Positions 27,059 through 36,884 of a stretch of 64,000 nucleotides of DNA are shown here, piece after piece. The notes under the pieces were generated by a model. It was not told the origin of the DNA, did no database searches, and worked only from the letters and a program-made list of their open reading frames with translations. The DNA comes from Gemmatimonadaceae bacterium (GTDB taxonomy: Bacteria; Gemmatimonadota; Gemmatimonadetes; Gemmatimonadales; Gemmatimonadaceae), in assembly GCA_045803545.1 (NCBI GenBank), contig JBJMOW010000005.1, positions 1,088,001 to 1,152,000 on the forward strand, given 5' to 3'. The position numbers and the translations under genes were made by a program. Each line of letters begins with the position of its first letter. The first letter of the stretch is position 1.

Positions 27059-27061
27059 CTG

Positions 27062-27200
27062 ATTCGGTTCGAATCCTGAGTCCGACTTTCGAGCTGAATC
27101 CGAAGTCCGAGCCGATTGCGAAGTGCGAGCAAAGCTCGGAGGTAGCTCTCAACTCGGACCAGGTGCGTAACTCGGACTTAGCTCGCAACTCGGACTAGCT
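27062..27200. repeat. Imperfect inverted array of 18-bp units between convergent genes
   Basis: CTCGGA recurs at 27135, 27153, 27171 and 27189 (period 18); complementary TCCGA/TGCGAG units lie to the left; central GAGC-AAA-GCTC. Confidence 0.7.
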
Positions 27201-27817
27201 CAGCCCCGCGCTTTTATTTCGTCCAGCCTTTGCGCCCGCCGCGTCTTGGGACGATGCACACGCGCCGGCGGCTGACGGAGCTGCCAGCGGATACGCCAGG
27301 CCACGGCGAATAGCACCAGCAGCATACACAGCTCCACGTAGACCTTCTCGCCGTCCAGGAAGTCGATTGGATTGTCCTTGAGGTTTGGGTCGGTCAAGAT
27401 GCCGTGGATGTAGAATAGCAACGCCGTCGCGTAAGCCGTAAAGTGCAGCGACTTCCATGTCTTGCGACCAAGCTCATGGCGGAAATACGAGGTCAGGACC
27501 ACGAACGCCAGTGAGTACAGCGCGAGCGCGCCGAGGACGTTGATCCACGGCTGTTTCGGCGCGTTGACCGGGTAGATGATGTCGATCAACCCAAACTTCG
27601 CGGTCGACGAAAAAAGAATTATCACCGGGTGGATCGCGGCGATGGTCAGCGCGATGTAGGCGGTCCAGTTGTGGATCTTGAAGGTGTTGATCCGCCGGTG
27701 GGGCCATTCGCGGACCGGATTGTACTTCACCGACATCACCAGCCCAAGCAGGATGTTGAGCGTCAGCAGCGTCATCGCCGCGAGGCCGAAGTAGCTGGAG
27801 ATCTCGATCGCGCTCAT
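27200..27817 (-). CDS. Ferric reductase-like transmembrane (b-type heme) protein
   Basis: About 5 TM segments with four spaced His (KIHNW, AIHP, SLHF, YIHG); WKSLHFTAY. Confidence 0.8.
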   Translation of the reverse strand: MSAIEISSYFGLAAMTLLTLNILLGLVMSVKYNPVREWPHRRINTFKIHNWTAYIALTIAAIHPVIILFSSTAKFGLIDIIYPVNAPKQPWINVLGALALYSLAFVVLTSYFRHELGRKTWKSLHFTAYATALLFYIHGILTDPNLKDNPIDFLDGEKVYVELCMLLVLFAVAWRIRWQLRQPPARVHRPKTRRAQRLDEIKARG

Positions 27818-27855
27818 GTCAGAAAGTCACGTGGCTTGTAAAAGCTTAGAGTAAC

Positions 27856-27891
27856 GAAAATGCCGGCGGGGTTTTCTCCGCCGGCATTTTC
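27856..27891 (-). terminator. Intrinsic terminator after the TonB-dependent receptor
   Basis: GAAAATGCCGGCGG-N8-CCGCCGGCATTTTC; a second hairpin CGCCGAGC-N7-GCTCGGCG at 27907-27929. Confidence 0.85.
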
Positions 27892-27935
27892 TCTACGGTC
27901 CAGAGACGCCGAGCGCTGAAGGCTCGGCGCATCCG

Positions 27936-30900
27936 TCAGAAGCTGTACCGCAGCGAAAGCTGCATGCGATAGTTGGAAGACGCGTTATCCGCGTTCCACG
28001 GCTTCATTGCCTTGTTGAAGGTGTAAATGCCCTGGATCGTCTGCTGCGTACGGCCGGCAGTGACGTTTCCGCTCTGAGTCAACAGAGTGGTCGCGCTGCA
28101 GATCGGGCCGCAGGTGTTGTTCTGATCAGAGAAGTTCTGCCATCCCCATCTCTTGTTGAGCAGGTTGAGGAAGTTGATGACGTCGAGGCGCAGCTGCAGG
28201 TTCTGCTGGCCGAACGCCCGCAGATTCTGGCCGACACTGACGTCGACGTCGTTCTGCCACGGATTGCGGCAGGTATTGCGACCAAGGAGCTTCCCGCGGT
28301 TCTTGCTGAGGCATGGGACACGATCGATGAAGCGATCGAATGCATCGGCTTGCGCCTGTGCATCAAGAACCGCCTGTGCCGCTGTTAGGCCTGGTGACAC
28401 ACCGTTGTAACCAGTGAAGAGAATCTCGTTCGGATCGTGCGCATCCTTCGGCACGTAGACGAGATCGTTCTGTGACTGACCATCGGCGTTGGCATCGCCT
28501 GATCCCGATCCGCTACCAGCTGCGTAGACGTAATCGAAAGGCGCGCCGGAGTTGCCGACATAGATGAACGAGAAGTCGGTCAACGTCTTCAGGGTCCACG
28601 TGCCCGTCGCGATGATGCGGTGCGGCATGTCTTCCTTGCCGCGGGTGAGGCTGCGATCCGCGAGGTTGCCTGCCCAGTCACGTTGATAGCGATAGTTTGA
28701 GCCCTGTGTGCTGCTCGTCGTCGCCGCTACGTCACGCACCTGTGAATAGGTGTACGCGACCGAGCCCTGGAAGCTGTCGAAGAAAGTTTTCTGCAGCTGG
28801 CCGGTCAGGCTGTAGGTATGATCGCCGTGAACGTTGGTCACGTCGATCACCTGCTGACGGCCGCCTGGTGCCAGGGTCGCAGTGCCGCCCGTTGCGGTGA
28901 GAGTTCCGTACAGGACCCGGCCGTTGCGGTCGACGCCTTGAGGACCGGCGAGTGCAAGGTTTTGATAGAACGCGTTCGAGATGGCCTTGGTGTACAACCC
29001 TTCGACCGTGCTGACCAGACCGTTCCCAAAACGGTGATCGTAGCCGAGGGTGATCTTCTGATACTGCGGGAAGCGGAAGTTCGGATCGATCGTAGCGATG
29101 TTGGAGCTTGCAGCCGTCGTCGCACCCGGACGCGCGGCGCCACCACCAGCGGGCGTGAACGGCGCGCACGCCGTCGGAGGGTTGGCGATGTTCGCTGCGT
29201 TAAACGGTGGCGGAATCGTCGATGTCGCGTTGGTGCCCTGATTGCCGGCGTTTCCACCGCAGGTAAGCGACGCGTATCCGCTCAAGCCCGAATTGCCGAA
29301 CGCGTTCGAGAGATAAACGAACGGCGGAGTCCCGGTGAATAATCCGAGTCCACCGCGAAGCTGGTTGCGCTGATCGCCAGTCGCGTCCCAGTTGAAAGAG
29401 AAGCGTGGGGAGATCGTGCGCTTGCTTGGTACGGCGGCGGTGCTGCGTCCGTAAGCAGTGAGGACTTGTGGATTCTCGGGCGGCGTATCAAGGAATTTTG
29501 GCTTCTCGAGACGAACGCCAGCTGTGATAGTCAAGCGATCGGACTTCTGCCATGCGTCCTGAACGTAGAACGAGTACATGTTAGCGCGGAACGTTGCGAG
29601 TCCGTTCGCCGGATCGGTCGCCGACGGAGCGCTAACGGAGTAGCTAACTGGATTCCCCAGCCTGAACTGGGTCGTGTCAGCAAACGTCCAGCTGCCCATC
29701 GAGTTCTGGCCAAACAGGTTGATCGGCTTGTAGAACAAGTTCTTTGTACCGAATGTGACGTGATGCGACGCAACAGGAACTGTAAAGTTTTCAGTAAGCT
29801 CAAACGTCCGTTGATCGAGCGAGTTGCCCTGAGATGACGCCTCGGTTCCTGCTACCATGGCGAGTGTGTTCGCGCCCTGAGTGGTAGTGAATCCGCGAAC
29901 CGTAATCTGCGGGTAATTCACCGGCACGGTTCTGAAGTCGTGCGTGGTGGTCAGGTTAAGAAGCAGCTCGTTGAAGATCCCGTTCGGAAGATTGGTCAAC
30001 AGCTCAGCGACCGACGAGTGCGTCTTCGAGCTGAAGAGGTACGAGTTCGACGTGAGGTTGAACAGCGGACTGGACGAAGTCGAAGAGCTGCGGCTGAAGG
30101 TCGTGTTATCGGCCGCTGCATAGTTGTGGCGCAATACCAGTCGGGTGTATCCCGGCAGGTAAGCGTCGACTCGCCCGAATACGTTGGTCAAAGGATTCTG
30201 CTTGAGGACGCGAGCGCCGCTACCTGGGTTGGTCAGGCCCTGCGCTTTCGCGTAGTCCTGGAACGTTGTTACGTCCGCCGATCTCGCGACACTATCCGGA
30301 GATCCGAGAAATGAGCCCGTCGCCGGAGTATTCTGCTTCTGCCACTCCGGATTCACGAAAAAGAAGAGACGGTTCTTGATGATCGGACCGCCGAGCGAGA
30401 ATCCGTACTGTTGCTGCTTGAACTCGGCGAGGTACGGCTGGCTGCGAGTCAGACTCTCGTTTCGAGTGTAGCCGTAAGTCGAGCCGTGAAATTCATTGGT
30501 GCCGGTCTTCGTCACCGCGTTGATCAACATGCCGCCGAAGTTTCCCTGACGGACATCGAACGGCGAAAGCAGAACCTGATACTCCTTCACCGCGTCTAGT
30601 GGAATCGACTTCGCGTTCGCCTGGGCGCCGGGCTGGCCAGTGGTGCCGAGGCCGAAGAGATCGCCTGATGCCGCGCCGTCGATCTGAATCGCGTTCTGTC
30701 GAAGGTTGACGCCGCCGCCGGAAAGACCGCCGGTGCTCGTCGAAACCTGCGGCACGAGCTGAACGAAATCCGCAAAGTTTCTATTGAGCGTCGGCAGACG
30801 ACGCAGCAGGGAGTCGCCAACCGTCGTGCCCGTTCCAGTCTTGCTCGGGTTGATGACAGGAGTCGCCTCGGCAGAAACGGTGACCGTCTCGAGGACAGTG

Positions 30901-31253
30901 CTTTGCTGCTTGAGCTGGAAATCGGTCCGGGTCGTTTGGCCCAGGCTGACGAGGACGTTGTTCTGGGTCTGCGGCTCGAAACCGATCCGGCGAACCGTCA
31001 GCGAGTAACCCGGGTCGGGTTCTACTCCCTGGATATAGTATTGACCGTTCGCGCGTGTAAGGCCGCCGGCGCTGGCGCCGGTTCGTGGATTGCGAACCTG
31101 GACCTGCGCACCTTCGACCGCCGCGCCATTGGCGTCGGTCACGGTACCACTAATTGCGCCCGTCGTAATGCCCTGCGCGAGGAGACGAGCGGAAGCTCCA
31201 GTCACCAGTGCCAAAGCGGTAGCGACAGTCAAGAATAGACGTGTCTTGAGCAT
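27936..31253 (-). CDS. TonB-dependent receptor with carboxypeptidase-regulatory-like N-terminal domain (Oar-like)
   Basis: Signal LLA-Q; GAISGTVTD; LPTLNRNF; IPLDAVKEYQV..SPFDVRQG; INAVTKTGTNEFHGS; ends LRYSF. Confidence 0.92.
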   Translation of the reverse strand: MLKTRLFLTVATALALVTGASARLLAQGITTGAISGTVTDANGAAVEGAQVQVRNPRTGASAGGLTRANGQYYIQGVEPDPGYSLTVRRIGFEPQTQNNVLVSLGQTTRTDFQLKQQSTVLETVTVSAEATPVINPSKTGTGTTVGDSLLRRLPTLNRNFADFVQLVPQVSTSTGGLSGGGVNLRQNAIQIDGAASGDLFGLGTTGQPGAQANAKSIPLDAVKEYQVLLSPFDVRQGNFGGMLINAVTKTGTNEFHGSTYGYTRNESLTRSQPYLAEFKQQQYGFSLGGPIIKNRLFFFVNPEWQKQNTPATGSFLGSPDSVARSADVTTFQDYAKAQGLTNPGSGARVLKQNPLTNVFGRVDAYLPGYTRLVLRHNYAAADNTTFSRSSSTSSSPLFNLTSNSYLFSSKTHSSVAELLTNLPNGIFNELLLNLTTTHDFRTVPVNYPQITVRGFTTTQGANTLAMVAGTEASSQGNSLDQRTFELTENFTVPVASHHVTFGTKNLFYKPINLFGQNSMGSWTFADTTQFRLGNPVSYSVSAPSATDPANGLATFRANMYSFYVQDAWQKSDRLTITAGVRLEKPKFLDTPPENPQVLTAYGRSTAAVPSKRTISPRFSFNWDATGDQRNQLRGGLGLFTGTPPFVYLSNAFGNSGLSGYASLTCGGNAGNQGTNATSTIPPPFNAANIANPPTACAPFTPAGGGAARPGATTAASSNIATIDPNFRFPQYQKITLGYDHRFGNGLVSTVEGLYTKAISNAFYQNLALAGPQGVDRNGRVLYGTLTATGGTATLAPGGRQQVIDVTNVHGDHTYSLTGQLQKTFFDSFQGSVAYTYSQVRDVAATTSSTQGSNYRYQRDWAGNLADRSLTRGKEDMPHRIIATGTWTLKTLTDFSFIYVGNSGAPFDYVYAAGSGSGSGDANADGQSQNDLVYVPKDAHDPNEILFTGYNGVSPGLTAAQAVLDAQAQADAFDRFIDRVPCLSKNRGKLLGRNTCRNPWQNDVDVSVGQNLRAFGQQNLQLRLDVINFLNLLNKRWGWQNFSDQNNTCGPICSATTLLTQSGNVTAGRTQQTIQGIYTFNKAMKPWNADNASSNYRMQLSLRYSF

Positions 31254-31363
31254 GTTGTCTCGGAAAAAATTGGTGGAGGGAAGCCAAAACTTAGTGACGA
31301 GATCTCATGCCCGGCAAGAGAGTTTTGTCACCGCTCGGCAACGGTCGCGACACTCGCCGTTTT

Positions 31364-32770
31364 CTAGATGTTGTTCGCCGTGCGCCGCGTTTTTGTGATG
31401 AAGAAAACCGGAATTCCGAGGAGGATCACGCCGAGCACGGCGAGGGTGCCGAGGCGGCTGGAAGGATCGAGCAGGGCGTTGCTAAGCAGTAAGATGGTGG
31501 CAACGATGAAGATGGCGGGCACCACGGGGTATCCCGGGACCCGAAACGTCGGATTGTAATCCGCTCGCTTACGAAGTACGAAGATGGCGGCGACAGCCAG
31601 TGCGTAGAACGGAACGATCGCCGTCACGAAGGTATCGGCCAGCTGCTCAAACGTCCCAGCGAGCACGAAAACGACGCCCAATGAGGCGCTCAACCAGATT
31701 GCGACCGACGGAGTCTGAAAGCGTCGATCGACGTGCGCTATCGGACGGAATAGCAATCCATCAGCTGCCGTCGCGAACAGGACGCGCGAGCCCGTCATCA
31801 CCGAACCGTTCAAAGTACCGAACGTCGAGATCATCACCGCAACGGAAACGAATGCAACTCCAGGTGCGCCCATCAGGGTTTCCGCTACATCGGCCGCCAC
31901 GAGCTTCGATTGCCTGATCTGCTCGATCGGCAGCACGGCGAGGTACGCTGCGTTGGCTAGAAGATAGAGGGCGATGATGATCAGCGTTCCGAAGATCAGG
32001 ACCTTTGGAAGATTCCGCGCGCCGTCCTTCACTTCTCCGCCGACGAAGCTCACATCGGCCCAACCGTCATAGACCCACAACACCGATACGAGCGCCAGAC
32101 CAAACTTTCCAAAGGAAAAGCTGCCCGCCGGAAATGCGGGCGTGAAGTGACCGCCTGTCCTGGGTAGGCCGATTGCGAGCGCCAGCACGATGATGAGCAC
32201 GAGAGCGCCAGTCTTGGCCAGCGTTGTAACGTTCTGAACGAGCGATCCCCAACGCAGCCCGACGTAGTTGAAGACCGCGGTGAAGATGATTGCGGCCGCA
32301 GCGATGAAGTGGACGTAGCCGCTATAAGGACTGAGGCCTGGGTCGTGGCCGAGGACGCGCAGCAAGTACTCAGCAAAGGTCGTCGAGATGGCGCCGAGGG
32401 CGGCGGCGCGGATGATCACCAGCTCCGACCAGCCAAAGAGAAATGCGGGTAGTCTGCCCCAGGACTCGCGAATGAAGACGTAGACGCCGCCCGTCCTTGG
32501 AAAGGCGCCGGCAACTTCAGCCAGCGTCAGCGCGCCACAGAGCGCGAACAGACCACCGGTGAGCCAGATAGCGAGGAGCGGCAGCGGGCCGGGAAGCTTG
32601 TTCGCGAGGCTCGCTGGCGAGCGAAAAATTCCGGAGCCGATTGTCGAGCCGACGAGAACCGCGATCGCGCTCCACATCCCGAGCTGTCGTGGCAACGCCG
32701 AGGCGCGCTCGAATTGTTCGTCGCTATTCGGCGGCGACGAGAATCTCTCGACCGGCATCGGGTCAGCCAT
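31364..32770 (-). CDS. APC-family amino acid permease
   Basis: VGSTIGSGIF, AEVAGAFPRTGGVY, LWVYDGW, GEVKD. Confidence 0.92.
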   Translation of the reverse strand: MADPMPVERFSSPPNSDEQFERASALPRQLGMWSAIAVLVGSTIGSGIFRSPASLANKLPGPLPLLAIWLTGGLFALCGALTLAEVAGAFPRTGGVYVFIRESWGRLPAFLFGWSELVIIRAAALGAISTTFAEYLLRVLGHDPGLSPYSGYVHFIAAAAIIFTAVFNYVGLRWGSLVQNVTTLAKTGALVLIIVLALAIGLPRTGGHFTPAFPAGSFSFGKFGLALVSVLWVYDGWADVSFVGGEVKDGARNLPKVLIFGTLIIIALYLLANAAYLAVLPIEQIRQSKLVAADVAETLMGAPGVAFVSVAVMISTFGTLNGSVMTGSRVLFATAADGLLFRPIAHVDRRFQTPSVAIWLSASLGVVFVLAGTFEQLADTFVTAIVPFYALAVAAIFVLRKRADYNPTFRVPGYPVVPAIFIVATILLLSNALLDPSSRLGTLAVLGVILLGIPVFFITKTRRTANNI

Positions 32771-32900
32771 TGCGGGAAGCGGGAAGGGGTAAGCGGGACG
32801 CGGCTGCTGACTCTTACGGTAGTGCAAAGGCACATTATCCGCGAGTAGCTTTAACGGCGCTGCGAAATGTTCGCGCCGCCGCACACTTCACTTCCATTCA

Positions 32901-33188
32901 ATGAATCAGCCGCTGGCTGAGACAATCTTCTGGGTTGCCGCGCTCGCTTGCGCGGTGGCCGAGATCGCGATCCTCCGATCGCTCATTGCGCACCGGCGCG
33001 CGCAACATTCGAATCTGGTTCCCGCAGGTTCGCCGATCACTGAGCTGATTTGGGGAGTCGTGCCCGCAATCGGACTGGCGTTAGTGCTATTCTTCACCTG
33101 GCGGAGAATTCAGCTGCGCGATCATCACATGCAGATGGATCACAGCGCGCACCAGATGACTGCGTTGAGCGCCGACAGGCCGGATTGA
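32901..33188 (+). CDS. Two-TM microprotein resembling the cytochrome c oxidase subunit II membrane domain, with His/Met-rich tail
   Basis: Two hydrophobic helices, second with ELIWGVVPAI (CoxII-like E-x-x-W-x-x-x-P); tail DHHMQMDHSAHQM; 1 bp upstream of ctaA. Confidence 0.65.
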   Translation: MNQPLAETIFWVAALACAVAEIAILRSLIAHRRAQHSNLVPAGSPITELIWGVVPAIGLALVLFFTWRRIQLRDHHMQMDHSAHQMTALSADRPD

Positions 33189-33189
33189 G

Positions 33190-34158
33190 ATGTTGACCGT
33201 CAGGCGAGTGGCTTATGTCGCGCTGATAATTGGCTTCGCCCAGGTCGTCTTCGGAGCCATTGTGCGCATCACCGGATCGGGCCTGGGCTGCGGGGATCAC
33301 TGGCCGGATTGCTATGGCGCGTACACGCCGACGAGCAATGCGACGCCCCATCTGGTCGAGATCTCACATCGCTACGGCGCAGCGGCGCTCTCGATAGCGA
33401 TCATAGTTTTGGCGCTAATCGCGCAGCGCCAGCGCGATGCGGAAGGAGTCGCGGGTCGCGGCGGTGCGCTGCGTCCGGCGTTGCTCGCAATGTTGCTTGT
33501 CATCGTCGCGGCGCTGTTTGGCGCAGTGACGGTCAAGATGGATCTCAAGCCGATTGTTGTGGTTACGCACCTCGCGATTGCGATGTCGCTGTTGGCCGTG
33601 CTGGTCGTGGCGGCGGTTAGAGCGGGGGGGTTTGGCGCCGCGCGTGTTCCGGCGCGCTACGAGAGAACGTTCCGTTCTGGGCGGGCTGCGATAGGCCTGA
33701 CTTTTCTGGCGCTGGTGTTTGGTGCGCTGACGGCGAACACCCCCGGCGCTCCGCAAGCGTGCCTCGGATTCCCATGGTGTCGCGTGGCCGCTGGAAGCGG
33801 GACACCATTCTGGATTCAGGTCACCCATCGCATCATCGCCTTACTGCTGCTCGGTCATCTCACCGGAATGTTCTTCGCGTCGAGGAAGCGGGGTGAATCA
33901 CCGGTGATCCGCCGGGCAACCGCCACGGCGCTCGGCGTCGTCGTGCTTCAGATCGTGGTCGCGGCGGCGATGGTCGAGATGAACCTGCCGGCGAGTTTCA
34001 GATCACTGCATCAGGCAGTCGGTACGGTGCTCTGGATTTCTGTGGTAGCGCTTACTGCCTTGGCGGCAGGCAGTCACGGAGTGACTGACATCGAGCGAAT
34101 CGCGTACGAGTCGCCATCGCGCGGCGAATTCGCCACACCGGAAGGAGTCAGCACGTGA
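33190..34158 (+). CDS. ctaA: Heme A synthase (COX15/CtaA)
   Basis: GSGLGCGDHWPDC, EISHR, VTHL, ACLGFPWC, VTHR, SLHQ. Confidence 0.9.
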   Translation: MLTVRRVAYVALIIGFAQVVFGAIVRITGSGLGCGDHWPDCYGAYTPTSNATPHLVEISHRYGAAALSIAIIVLALIAQRQRDAEGVAGRGGALRPALLAMLLVIVAALFGAVTVKMDLKPIVVVTHLAIAMSLLAVLVVAAVRAGGFGAARVPARYERTFRSGRAAIGLTFLALVFGALTANTPGAPQACLGFPWCRVAAGSGTPFWIQVTHRIIALLLLGHLTGMFFASRKRGESPVIRRATATALGVVVLQIVVAAAMVEMNLPASFRSLHQAVGTVLWISVVALTALAAGSHGVTDIERIAYESPSRGEFATPEGVST

Positions 34159-35051
34159 CCGAAGTCCGCGCTCACGAGCAGGCGCATTCGTCACTCCTGC
34201 GTGACATGGTGACTCTGACCAAGCCGCGCATCATCTCGCTGCTGCTGGTCACGACGGTGGCGCCGATGTTCGTGGCCGGCAATCCAACCTGGTTGTCGGT
34301 GGTGATAGTGCTCATCGGTGGCTATCTGATGGCCGGCGGAGCGAACGCGGTCAACATGTATCTGGATCGCGACATCGACACCCAGATGTCCCGCACAAGA
34401 CTGCGGCCGATTCCGAGCGGACGCATGGGACCGAAAGCAGTACTCGCATTCGGTATCGCACTCGCAACGGCTGCCACCTACATCCTGGCCCGTTTCACCA
34501 ACGTTCTGACGGCCGTACTCGCGCTCGCGGGCTTCTATTTCTACGTCTTCGTGTACACACGCTGGCTCAAGCGGACGACGCCGCAGAACATCGTGATCGG
34601 CGGCGCCGCCGGTGCTTTTCCTCCGCTCGTCGGATGGGCCGCGATGACGGGCACTCTCGATCTCACCGCCGTCTATCTCTTCCTGATCGTGTTTTACTGG
34701 ACGCCTCCTCATTTCTGGGCGCTGGCGCTGTTGAAGCAGAAAGACTACGGTCGCGCCGGAGTACCGATGGCGCCGCTCGTCTGGGGCGAACGCGAGACCA
34801 TGCGCCAGATGCTCTGGTACAACGTCATTTTGATCGTCCTGACGCTCCTCCCCTTCGCCTTCGGGGCATTTGGCATCATCTACTTTGCCTCTGCACTGGT
34901 GCTCGGTGTTCTTCTACTCCTCGGCGTCATCAGAATCATGACGACGCCTGAATGGACGAAGCCGGCGTGGCAGGTCTACAAATTCTCGCTGCTCTACCTC
35001 GCACTGCTCTTTCTGGCGATGGTGATCGACCGCAAGGTTTTTCTGGCGTGA
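34155..35051 (+). CDS. ctaB: Protoheme IX farnesyltransferase (heme O synthase)
   Basis: LTKPRII, NMYLDRDID, RTRLRPIPSG, KRTTPQNIVIGG, WTPPHFWAL. Confidence 0.95.
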   Translation: MTEVRAHEQAHSSLLRDMVTLTKPRIISLLLVTTVAPMFVAGNPTWLSVVIVLIGGYLMAGGANAVNMYLDRDIDTQMSRTRLRPIPSGRMGPKAVLAFGIALATAATYILARFTNVLTAVLALAGFYFYVFVYTRWLKRTTPQNIVIGGAAGAFPPLVGWAAMTGTLDLTAVYLFLIVFYWTPPHFWALALLKQKDYGRAGVPMAPLVWGERETMRQMLWYNVILIVLTLLPFAFGAFGIIYFASALVLGVLLLLGVIRIMTTPEWTKPAWQVYKFSLLYLALLFLAMVIDRKVFLA

Positions 35052-36883
35052 CATCGCCGCCGCCATTCGCCGTCTCCGCGCAGCGACCGACGCCGCGCGC
35101 CACCGAGCCAGTGTCGTCTCCCCGTCCGCTGGGCAGACTGCTGCCGAGGATTCGGCCGTACATATGGCGGCTCGTACTCGCATTCGTCTGCCTTGTCCTC
35201 AGTGCGAGCATCGCACTCGCTTTCCCGCAAATCGTCCGGCATCTGCTGGACGCCGCCTTCATTTCGGCGAATCAATCACTGCTCAATCGCATCGCGATGA
35301 GTTTGCTCCTGCTGTTTGCCTTGCAGGCGCTGCTCAACTTCGTCCAGGTCTATCTCCTCACTTCAACCTCGGAGCTGGTGATTGCGAAGCTGCGAGAAGA
35401 GCTGTTCGCGCATCTGGTCAGGCTCTCGCCAGGTTTCTTCACCGAGCGGCGGACCGGTGAGCTGACCAGCCGGCTCTCGTCCGACACCACGGTGTTGCAG
35501 ACGGTGCTCAGCTACAATCTGTCGGAGTTCGCGCGGCAGTCATTGTTCCTCGTTGGCGGAATCATCCTGCTGATTCTTACCAACACCAGTCTCACCGCGA
35601 CGACGCTCGCCGTGGTGCCGATCGTCGTCGGTGCGGCGCTGGTGTTCGGACGCGCGCTTCGCCGCGCCAGCACCGGAGTACAGGATCGCATTGCGGAGGC
35701 GACCGGAACGGCCGATGAAGCCTTTTCGCAAATCAAAACGGTTCAGAGCTATACCGCAGAGGCAGAAGAGGTCCGCCGTTACGGATCGCATCTGACCGAA
35801 GTGGTCTCAGCTGCCCTTCGACGAGCCAGAATTCGCGGAACGTTTTTCGGGATTCTTACTTTCTGCGGTTTCGGCGGAGTCGTCGCCGTCCTGTGGCAGG
35901 GCGGTCGGCAGGTACTGCAGGGAAGTCTGACCGCAGGCGCACTCGTTTCCTTCCTGCTCTACGCACTCTACGTGGCTGGTGCGGTCGGCTCCCTCGCGTC
36001 GTTGTTCGGCGCGTATCAGGAAGCGGTCGGCGCGGCTCGCCGAGTATTCGACATGCTGGGAGCGGAGTCGGATGTAAAGGATCCGGTGCGCCCGCTCAAG
36101 CTGCCACATCCTCTACGTGGAGAAGTGGTCTTCAACAATGTCACTTTCCGCTACAACGACGGACTTCCTGATGTTCTGCAGGATGTCTCGCTGAGGATCG
36201 GCGCCGGCGAAGTCGTCGCGCTGGTCGGTCCGAGCGGCGCGGGTAAAACCACCATCGCGTCGCTGCTTCCACGTTTCTGGGATGTCACATCAGGGCGAAT
36301 CACCTTCGATGGCTTCGACATCAAAGATCTTTCACTGTCTGATCTACGAGGAGCGATCGGTATCGTGCCGCAGGAGCCGACACTTTTCAGCGGCACCATC
36401 CGAGAGAACATCGCATACGCGGGTATAGATGCCGACGGCAATCGGCCGGACGAGGAATCGATCCGCACAGCCGCGAAAGCTGCGCACGCGATGGAGTTCA
36501 TCGAGCGACTGCCGGACGGCTTCGATACGAGAGTCGGCGAGCGCGGCGTCAAGCTTTCCGGTGGCCAACGCCAGCGCATCGCCATTGCCCGTGTCTTTCT
36601 CAAGGATCCCGCGCTCGTGATCCTCGATGAGGCAACCTCGAGCCTCGACAGTGAGAGCGAGCGACTGGTCGAGCAGGCGATGGAAGATCTGTTGCGCGCG
36701 CGATCGACTTTGATCATCGCACACCGGCTGAGCACGGTGCTGCGCGCGGATCGGCTAGTGGTTATCGACCGCGGAGTAATCGTCGAGGAGGGTAAGCATT
36801 CCGAGCTTCTCGCTTCGGAGGGAGTGTACTCGAGGCTGTATCGCGGGCAGTTCCGGCCCGGCGACATCCTCGTCGCAGACTAG
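35048..36883 (+). CDS. ABC exporter, fused TMD-NBD (MsbA-like)
   Basis: GELTSRL, GPSGAGKT, LSGGQRQR, ILDEATSSLD, IAHRLST; GTGA overlap with ctaB. Confidence 0.92.
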   Translation: MTSPPPFAVSAQRPTPRATEPVSSPRPLGRLLPRIRPYIWRLVLAFVCLVLSASIALAFPQIVRHLLDAAFISANQSLLNRIAMSLLLLFALQALLNFVQVYLLTSTSELVIAKLREELFAHLVRLSPGFFTERRTGELTSRLSSDTTVLQTVLSYNLSEFARQSLFLVGGIILLILTNTSLTATTLAVVPIVVGAALVFGRALRRASTGVQDRIAEATGTADEAFSQIKTVQSYTAEAEEVRRYGSHLTEVVSAALRRARIRGTFFGILTFCGFGGVVAVLWQGGRQVLQGSLTAGALVSFLLYALYVAGAVGSLASLFGAYQEAVGAARRVFDMLGAESDVKDPVRPLKLPHPLRGEVVFNNVTFRYNDGLPDVLQDVSLRIGAGEVVALVGPSGAGKTTIASLLPRFWDVTSGRITFDGFDIKDLSLSDLRGAIGIVPQEPTLFSGTIRENIAYAGIDADGNRPDEESIRTAAKAAHAMEFIERLPDGFDTRVGERGVKLSGGQRQRIAIARVFLKDPALVILDEATSSLDSESERLVEQAMEDLLRARSTLIIAHRLSTVLRADRLVVIDRGVIVEEGKHSELLASEGVYSRLYRGQFRPGDILVAD

Positions 36884-36884
36884 T

